Assembly (NCBI GenBank): GCA_043810925.1
Contig: JBDRNT010000068.1
Coordinates: 1 to 41,400 of the forward strand
DNA: 41,400 nucleotides
Direction: 5' to 3'
DNA from: Candidatus Eiseniibacteriota bacterium
GTDB lineage: Bacteria; Arandabacterota; Arandabacteria; Arandabacterales; Arandabacteraceae
The first letter of the stretch is position 1. The number at the start of each line of letters is the position of its first letter. The translations under genes were made by a program, and so were the position numbers. This document shows positions 35,941 through 41,400 of this stretch, piece after piece. The notes below the pieces were generated by a model. It did not search any database and was not told where the DNA came from. It saw nothing but the letters and a program-made list of their open reading frames with translations.

Positions 35941-36858
35941 ATGTGGGACCGGAAACACTTCCTCTCGATATATGATCTGACTGCGGATGACGCAAAGAAG
36001 CTCGTCACGAGGGGAATCGCTCTTAAAGAGGACCATCATGCCGGACGGCTTCAGCCGTTGCTTAAGGGCAAGTCGATGGCCATGATCTTTAGAAAGCCGA
36101 GCTTGAGAACACGCATGAGCTTTGAAATGTGCATCGTGGGGCTCGGGGGCCATGCTCTTTATGTGTCGGATGAAGAGATCAAGCTGGGCCGGCGTGAGGC
36201 CGTCTGCGATGTTTCGCGTGTGATGTCACGCTATGTCGATGTACTGATGATCAGGACCTTTGCTCAGGCCGAGGTCGAAGACCTCGCGAGGTACGCTTCT
36301 GTTCCGGTTGTCAACGCCCTGACCGACCTCTATCATCCATGCCAGGTACTCGGTGATGTGATGACAGTTGTTGAGAAGAAGGGACGTATCGACGGTCTCA
36401 AGGTCGTTTTCCTGGGAGACGGCAACAATGTCGTGAATTCCTGGATCAACGCCGCCACCAAGTTTGATTTCGAGTTCGTGCTCGCAACTGCAAAGGGCTA
36501 TGAGCCGGATGCCACGATTCTTAAGAGAGGCAAAGCGGACGGGGCCAAAGTTGAGATAGTCTACGACGCGCTCGAAGCCGCAGGTGACGCCGATGTCATT
36601 TACACCGATGTATGGGCGAGTATGGGTGCAGAGGCAGAGGCAGAGGAGAGAAAGGCGGCGTTTAAGCCTTTTCAGGTGAACGATAGGGTCCTCGCCGCGG
36701 CGCGGCCCGATGCGATCGTCATGCACTGTCTCCCGGCTCACAGGGGCGATGAGATCACCGATAGCGTAATGGACAGCGACCAATCAGTGGTTTATGACGA
36801 AGCCGAGAACCGTATGCACATTCAAAGAGCCGTGATTCTAGAGCTCCTGGGGAAATGA
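35941..36858 (+). CDS. argF: Ornithine carbamoyltransferase
   Basis: SLRTR, HPCQ, GDGNNV, DVWASMG, HCLPAHRG, AENR. Confidence 0.95.
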   Translation: MWDRKHFLSIYDLTADDAKKLVTRGIALKEDHHAGRLQPLLKGKSMAMIFRKPSLRTRMSFEMCIVGLGGHALYVSDEEIKLGRREAVCDVSRVMSRYVDVLMIRTFAQAEVEDLARYASVPVVNALTDLYHPCQVLGDVMTVVEKKGRIDGLKVVFLGDGNNVVNSWINAATKFDFEFVLATAKGYEPDATILKRGKADGAKVEIVYDALEAAGDADVIYTDVWASMGAEAEAEERKAAFKPFQVNDRVLAAARPDAIVMHCLPAHRGDEITDSVMDSDQSVVYDEAENRMHIQRAVILELLGK

Positions 36859-37901
36859 AAAGAACATACCGGTGGCCGCCTCTCCTCCTGTGTGCCGTCC
36901 TGTCCGTGCTTGTGTTAAGCTGTGCCAAGCGCGGGTCTCCGCCGGGCGGACCTGCCGACACGACTGTGCCCTATGTAGATGAGGTCATCCCACCGAGTGG
37001 TTCGGTGCGTGTCGGAGCGGACAGCCTGATGAGCGTCGAATTCAGTGAGACGATGAAGAAGCGCACTGTGGAGACGGGCATCATTGTCAGCCCACCGTCC
37101 CGGTGGAAGAAGAGGTACTGGAAGAAAAACACCTATTACCTCATTCCCGAGACGGGTCTTAAGCCCAACACCACCTACCTGATTTCGGTGTCGAACAAGG
37201 TCAAGGACTCACACGACGTAGCCATGAAATCGACTTTCATATCAGGCTTTTCAACCGGTGACAGCATAAATGCAGGAATCATTACGGGCGCGATAAAGTG
37301 GAAGAATGTGACGGTTGAGGCCGCCGTGGTCGAGCTATTTGACATTGGAGATTATGACACCTCCGGTGTAGTCCGGCCGGGTGACCCTCTCTATGTGACG
37401 CTCTCGGGCGCCGGTGGTTTGTATGAGATTCCTTTCGTGGATACCGGCAAGCGCTACAGGCTCCAGGCGTTTCTCGATAAGGATGTCAACTCCGAGTACG
37501 ATGACGGTGAAGCCGTGGGTTGCTACAACGGGGATGTGGTGTTCGAGGGTGTCTCTGAGCTTGACAGTGTCGATTTCACAATCTGCGGGAACACCTTAAG
37601 CGGCGCTATCCGGGGTCTGATAGATACGGCGTCGGTCGCCGACACGCTGACGATCACCGTCCTGGCGGAGTCCGTGACGGATTCGTCGGTCACCTACTGG
37701 GCGGCCCCGAAGAAGTCCGGCGAGTTTGAGATCAAGTGTGTTACGCCCGGAGCGTACCTCATCCAGGCCTTCTCCGACGTCAATGTCAATCATGAGAAGG
37801 ACCCGGGGGATACGTTTTTCGTTGAGGTCGCCGATACGCTCAGTGTAGAGTCGTGTTCGAAGCCGCGAGAGGTGAGGTTCGGTTTCGGTGAAGACGATTA
37901 A
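36855..37901 (+). CDS. Lipoprotein with Ig-like (Big_5) domain
   Basis: Lipobox VLSC followed by AKRGSPPGGP.D..P; LKPNTTY, FSTGDSI, AF.D.D.N..YD. Confidence 0.82.
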   Translation: MKRTYRWPPLLLCAVLSVLVLSCAKRGSPPGGPADTTVPYVDEVIPPSGSVRVGADSLMSVEFSETMKKRTVETGIIVSPPSRWKKRYWKKNTYYLIPETGLKPNTTYLISVSNKVKDSHDVAMKSTFISGFSTGDSINAGIITGAIKWKNVTVEAAVVELFDIGDYDTSGVVRPGDPLYVTLSGAGGLYEIPFVDTGKRYRLQAFLDKDVNSEYDDGEAVGCYNGDVVFEGVSELDSVDFTICGNTLSGAIRGLIDTASVADTLTITVLAESVTDSSVTYWAAPKKSGEFEIKCVTPGAYLIQAFSDVNVNHEKDPGDTFFVEVADTLSVESCSKPREVRFGFGEDD

Positions 37902-38691
37902 GTTTACGAAGATGTCGGGTGCAGGTAATGATTTCATATTCCTGGGACCCGAGTATGCCTCGCTCAAGGAGTGGGCACCAGCGGGCGCCAGGTACCTGTG
38001 CAGGCGGCGGCTTGCGGTCGGCGCAGATGGTCTGATCCTGGTTGAAAAGACCTCCGACGGCATCTTCATGCACTACTATAATAGCGACGGCAGCAAGCCT
38101 GCGTTTTGCGGAAACGGAGCGCGGTGTCTTGTTCGCTTCTGCGATGCCAAGGGTGTGGCGCCGAGTCCTGTCACATTCCGTTCCGAGGCGGGTGTCCATA
38201 CCGGAGAGGTTACGGACTGCGGTGTGAGACTGAGTGTCCGGCCACCCAGATCGATTGACGAGGCCGAGATACAAATCGACGGTGAGTCCTATGCCGTAAC
38301 GCATGTCGAGGCGGGTGTTCCACATGCGGTCTTGCTTGTGAGTGACACTGACGCCATCGACGTCGACGGCCTCGGGCGTGAGATTAGAAATCACCCTTCC
38401 TTTGGCATGGAAGGGGCCAACGCCGATTTTGTGGGCGCCGGGGACGGGGGTGAGTTCAGTATCAGAACCTACGAGCGTGGTGTCGAACGTGAAACACTTG
38501 CCTGTGGAAGTGGATGTATTGCCGCTGCACACGTCTTAAGAGAAAAGGGGATGGCCGGTGACCGTGTGCGGCTCAAGGTGCGCTCGGGTGCCGTGCTCAC
38601 TGCGGAGTTTGCGCCTGACACGACTCCTGCAGTCTACCTTAGCGGATCGGCGGACATCGTTTATGAGGGCGAGATAGAACTGTCCCGATAG
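37888..38691 (+). CDS. dapF: Diaminopimelate epimerase
   Basis: FTKMSGAGNDF, GADG, FCGNGARC, GVPH, RTYERGVE.ETLACGSG. Confidence 0.96.
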   Translation: MKTIKFTKMSGAGNDFIFLGPEYASLKEWAPAGARYLCRRRLAVGADGLILVEKTSDGIFMHYYNSDGSKPAFCGNGARCLVRFCDAKGVAPSPVTFRSEAGVHTGEVTDCGVRLSVRPPRSIDEAEIQIDGESYAVTHVEAGVPHAVLLVSDTDAIDVDGLGREIRNHPSFGMEGANADFVGAGDGGEFSIRTYERGVERETLACGSGCIAAAHVLREKGMAGDRVRLKVRSGAVLTAEFAPDTTPAVYLSGSADIVYEGEIELSR

Positions 38692-38702
38692 GAGTGGAAG
38701 AG

Positions 38703-39575
38703 ATGTTTGACGGAACATACGTAGCGATGGTCACGGATTTCAAAAATGGCAGCCTCGATCTCGATGGCGTGAGATCACTTGCCCGAAAGTTGATTGACGG
38801 CGGTGTCACGGGACTCGTGCCTGCAGGCTGCACCGGTGAGGCTGCGACGCTTTCGACCGAAGAGCGGGTGGCCATGATAAAGGCCGTGCTTGACGAGCGG
38901 GGAGACAACACCGCTGTCAAAGTGATCCCCGGCACCGGAACGAATTCAACGGCCTCGAGTATCGAGCTTACGCAGGTCGCGGCCGATCTCGGTGCAGATG
39001 CGGCCATGCTCATAACACCGTATTACAACAAACCCACTCAGGGTGGACTCATCAAACACTTCGAGACCGTAGCGTCGAGTGTGAAGATTCCGCTCGTGCT
39101 TTACAACGTTCCCGGACGTACCGGGGTCAATATGCTCCCTGAGACCGTGACCGAGCTGGCGAAGATCGAAAACATAGTCGCCGTGAAGGAAGCCAGCGGC
39201 TCGGTGGACCAGGTCTCACGTATCATCGCGGGATCGGATATAACGGTGCTCTCGGGTGATGATTCGCTCACGCTTCCCATGCTCTCAGTCGGTGCGAAAG
39301 GTGTGGTGTCGGTCGTGGCCAACGTGGTCCCCGACACGGTGTCCAGGATGGTATCGGCTTTTCTTGAAGGGCGCGCCGAAGAAGCCAGAGAGATACACCT
39401 TAAAATCTTATCGCTGATGCATGTGCTATTTATTGAAACCAATCCCGGGCCCGTCAAGGCGGCGCTTCAGATGCTGGGGCACGGGACGGGTGAGATGAGA
39501 CTCCCGCTTGTTGCGATCTCACGGCAGAGTGCGGACAGGGTGCGGGACGTGCTGGCTCAGCTGGCGCTCCTTTGA
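38703..39575 (+). CDS. dapA: 4-hydroxy-tetrahydrodipicolinate synthase
   Basis: GCTGE, PYYNKP, YNVPGRT, KEASG, SGDD, ETNP.PVK (alternative GTG start at 38694). Confidence 0.97.
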   Translation: MFDGTYVAMVTDFKNGSLDLDGVRSLARKLIDGGVTGLVPAGCTGEAATLSTEERVAMIKAVLDERGDNTAVKVIPGTGTNSTASSIELTQVAADLGADAAMLITPYYNKPTQGGLIKHFETVASSVKIPLVLYNVPGRTGVNMLPETVTELAKIENIVAVKEASGSVDQVSRIIAGSDITVLSGDDSLTLPMLSVGAKGVVSVVANVVPDTVSRMVSAFLEGRAEEAREIHLKILSLMHVLFIETNPGPVKAALQMLGHGTGEMRLPLVAISRQSADRVRDVLAQLALL

Positions 39576-39584
39576 GGTAGATGG

Positions 39585-40370
39585 ATGCTTAAACTGTGTC
39601 TTGTTGGTGGTCTCGGCAGGATGGGGAGAGCGATCGCATCGCTTGTCACAGACGAGGCTGACATCGAAATCGCTTCGGTCTGGGAAGGCGCACCGGTGCT
39701 TTCTCAAGTTTCCAACTATAGGGCCGCCACGGGTTATGCCAAGAACCCGGTGACATTGACCTCCGACGGACGGGCAGCCGTGGAGCTCTCAGATGTGGTC
39801 GTCGATTTTGCGACAAGCGCGGTTTTCGATGAGATCATCGAAGTCTGCGGGAGTCTCTCGAAACCACTTGTGACGGGTACCACCGCAATCCCCGATAAGG
39901 AGGCGAGGCTCAAGGCCCTTGCCGGAAAAGTCGCGGTCGTGAGCGCGCCCAATATGGCTGTAGGAATGAACGTTCTCTTTGGAATCTGTGAGAAACTGGG
40001 TCTTGTGATGGGCAAGGCATCCGACATCGAGATAGTCGAATCCCATCACCGTACCAAGAGGGACGTCCCGAGCGGAACAGCTCTTGAAATAGGCAGGATC
40101 CTGAGTGAATCGACGGGCAAACGTGTCGTTGTCGGTAGACTGGCGGAGAGTGGGCAGCGCGGAGACGAGATAGTGATCCACTCGCTTCGAGTCGGAGATG
40201 TTGCAGGTACGCATACGGTCGGTTTCTCACCCGGGGGTGAGTCACTTGAGATAACACACACCGCCAGGTCACGGGCGTGTCTTGCAGCGGGAGCCTTGCG
40301 GGCGGCCCGCTTTGCCGCGGCATCACCGCCGGGGCTTTACAGTATGCGTGATGTACTCGGTCTAAAGTAG
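39585..40370 (+). CDS. dapB: 4-hydroxy-tetrahydrodipicolinate reductase
   Basis: GGLGRMG, VTGTT, APNMAVG, EIVESHHRTKRDVPSGTA. Confidence 0.96.
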   Translation: MLKLCLVGGLGRMGRAIASLVTDEADIEIASVWEGAPVLSQVSNYRAATGYAKNPVTLTSDGRAAVELSDVVVDFATSAVFDEIIEVCGSLSKPLVTGTTAIPDKEARLKALAGKVAVVSAPNMAVGMNVLFGICEKLGLVMGKASDIEIVESHHRTKRDVPSGTALEIGRILSESTGKRVVVGRLAESGQRGDEIVIHSLRVGDVAGTHTVGFSPGGESLEITHTARSRACLAAGALRAARFAAASPPGLYSMRDVLGLK

Positions 40371-40384
40371 AAGAGGGGGAAGCT

Positions 40385-41263
40385 GTGTCTGGTAAATCAT
40401 GGGTCTTCATATTCGTCATCGCCATATGTGTCGCGGGCGCGATTGCTTTCATGTTGTTGATCGCTATGGGTTCCTTTCTTCCCGACGGGAGAAGTTTCGC
40501 GTTTGGAGACAGGGTTGGGCTCGTTGAGATCACGGGCACCATGATCGATCCCGACCCTGTTGTAAACGAAATAGTGCGCTTCGCAAAAGACGACGATGTC
40601 AGGGCCATCGTTGTAAGAATCGAAAGCCCGGGCGGAGTCGTGGCTGCCGCACAGGAGATATACACCGAACTTGCGCGGACCCGTGATGAGGGTAAGCCGA
40701 TCGTGGCCTCCATGGGTGGCATCGCCGCCAGCGGAGGCTACTACGTCGCCTGTGGTGCAACCTCCATCGTTGCGAATCCCGGTACGCTCACCGGGAGCAT
40801 CGGCGTGATCATGAGTTTTCCCCATTCCGAGGAGCTCTTCAGGAAACTCGGAATCGGCTTCGATGTCATAAAGACCGGCGAGTATAAGGACCTCGGTTCG
40901 CTATCAAGGCCGCTCACGGCAGACGAGAAGCAGCTGATGCTGGAGCTCTTAAACGACGTCTATGACCAGTTTGTCACGGTCGTCTCGCTCGAACGGGACA
41001 TTGAGCCCGATGTGGTCAAGGAGTTTGCCGACGGGAGGCTCCTGACGGGAAGGCAGGCGTATGATCTCGGGCTCGTGGACAGTCTGGGAGGTTTCAGGGA
41101 GGCGGTTATGCTTGCAGGCGATCTTGCGGGCATAAGCGGGGAGCCCACGCTTCTCAGGCCACGGCGGCGGACGCTAAGCTGGTGGGACATTCTTGAGGAT
41201 ATACTCGGCCGGGCTTCAGAGGCCGCGCGAACTTGTGTAAGCCTCGAATATTCACTTAACTAG
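40385..41263 (+). CDS. sppA: Signal peptide peptidase SppA (36K type, S49)
   Basis: RIESPGG, AASGGYY, TGSIGV, K.GEYKD, GRQA..LGLVD.LG. Confidence 0.95.
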   Translation: MSGKSWVFIFVIAICVAGAIAFMLLIAMGSFLPDGRSFAFGDRVGLVEITGTMIDPDPVVNEIVRFAKDDDVRAIVVRIESPGGVVAAAQEIYTELARTRDEGKPIVASMGGIAASGGYYVACGATSIVANPGTLTGSIGVIMSFPHSEELFRKLGIGFDVIKTGEYKDLGSLSRPLTADEKQLMLELLNDVYDQFVTVVSLERDIEPDVVKEFADGRLLTGRQAYDLGLVDSLGGFREAVMLAGDLAGISGEPTLLRPRRRTLSWWDILEDILGRASEAARTCVSLEYSLN

Positions 41264-41390
41264 TTCCCATCCCAAAACTGTTTACTGTATTTAGATCAAG
41301 AAGTTGGCAAAAAAGACGGGGCGCAAACTAACCCCATGGTGTAAGATGTTTGCAATCAACCAACACCTTATACACGGAGGTAACGCCCCG

Positions 41391-41400
41391 ATGCGAAAGA
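41391..41400 (+). CDS. Probable start of the next gene (truncated by the window)
   Basis: ACGGAGGT SD followed by ATGCGAAAG. Confidence 0.4.

Noticed and set aside
41305-41353. c-di-GMP-I riboswitch (GGCAAA...GGGGCGCAAA)
   Set aside because: The stem and GNRA loop between the two motifs are missing; only superficial similarity.

Overview
A 41.4 kb bacterial chromosomal window in which nearly all genes lie on the + strand. The secreted protein with a FlgD-Ig/T9SS-like C-terminus and the long insert-bearing SecA suggest an FCB-superphylum-related candidate lineage (inference only). The left edge holds the start of a probable IS256-like transposase on the - strand. From 0.3 to 20 kb lies an accessory/metabolic region: DUF4912 + GH57 branching enzyme + fused CoA-activase, a GNAT, a flavin reductase, an operon encoding ParA-CBM48 / degenerate MinD-like / dead-nuclease-like / CPBP / UroD-family proteins, a secreted glycoside-hydrolase-like protein, small ORFs, a lone receiver protein, comEC and several palindromic repeats. 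From 20 to 41 kb lie housekeeping genes: purN-purC-purH-guaA, a 6S-like ncRNA on the - strand, a cold-shock gene, secA, DUF494, topA-trmFO-xerC-hslVU-argF-lipoprotein-dapF-dapA-dapB-sppA. The best candidate for an undescribed system is the three-gene module at 9136-11961. It comprises a ParA ATPase fused to a glycogen-binding domain, a MinD-like protein carrying a ParB-type LGRGL peptide but lacking the signature lysine, and an apparently inactivated PD-(D/E)XK fold. It may position or segregate glycogen granules. Other oddities: a short 6S-like RNA, an 8-Cys insert in SecA, and two tandem sigma28-type promoters. All calls come from motif recognition by eye; no searches were run.
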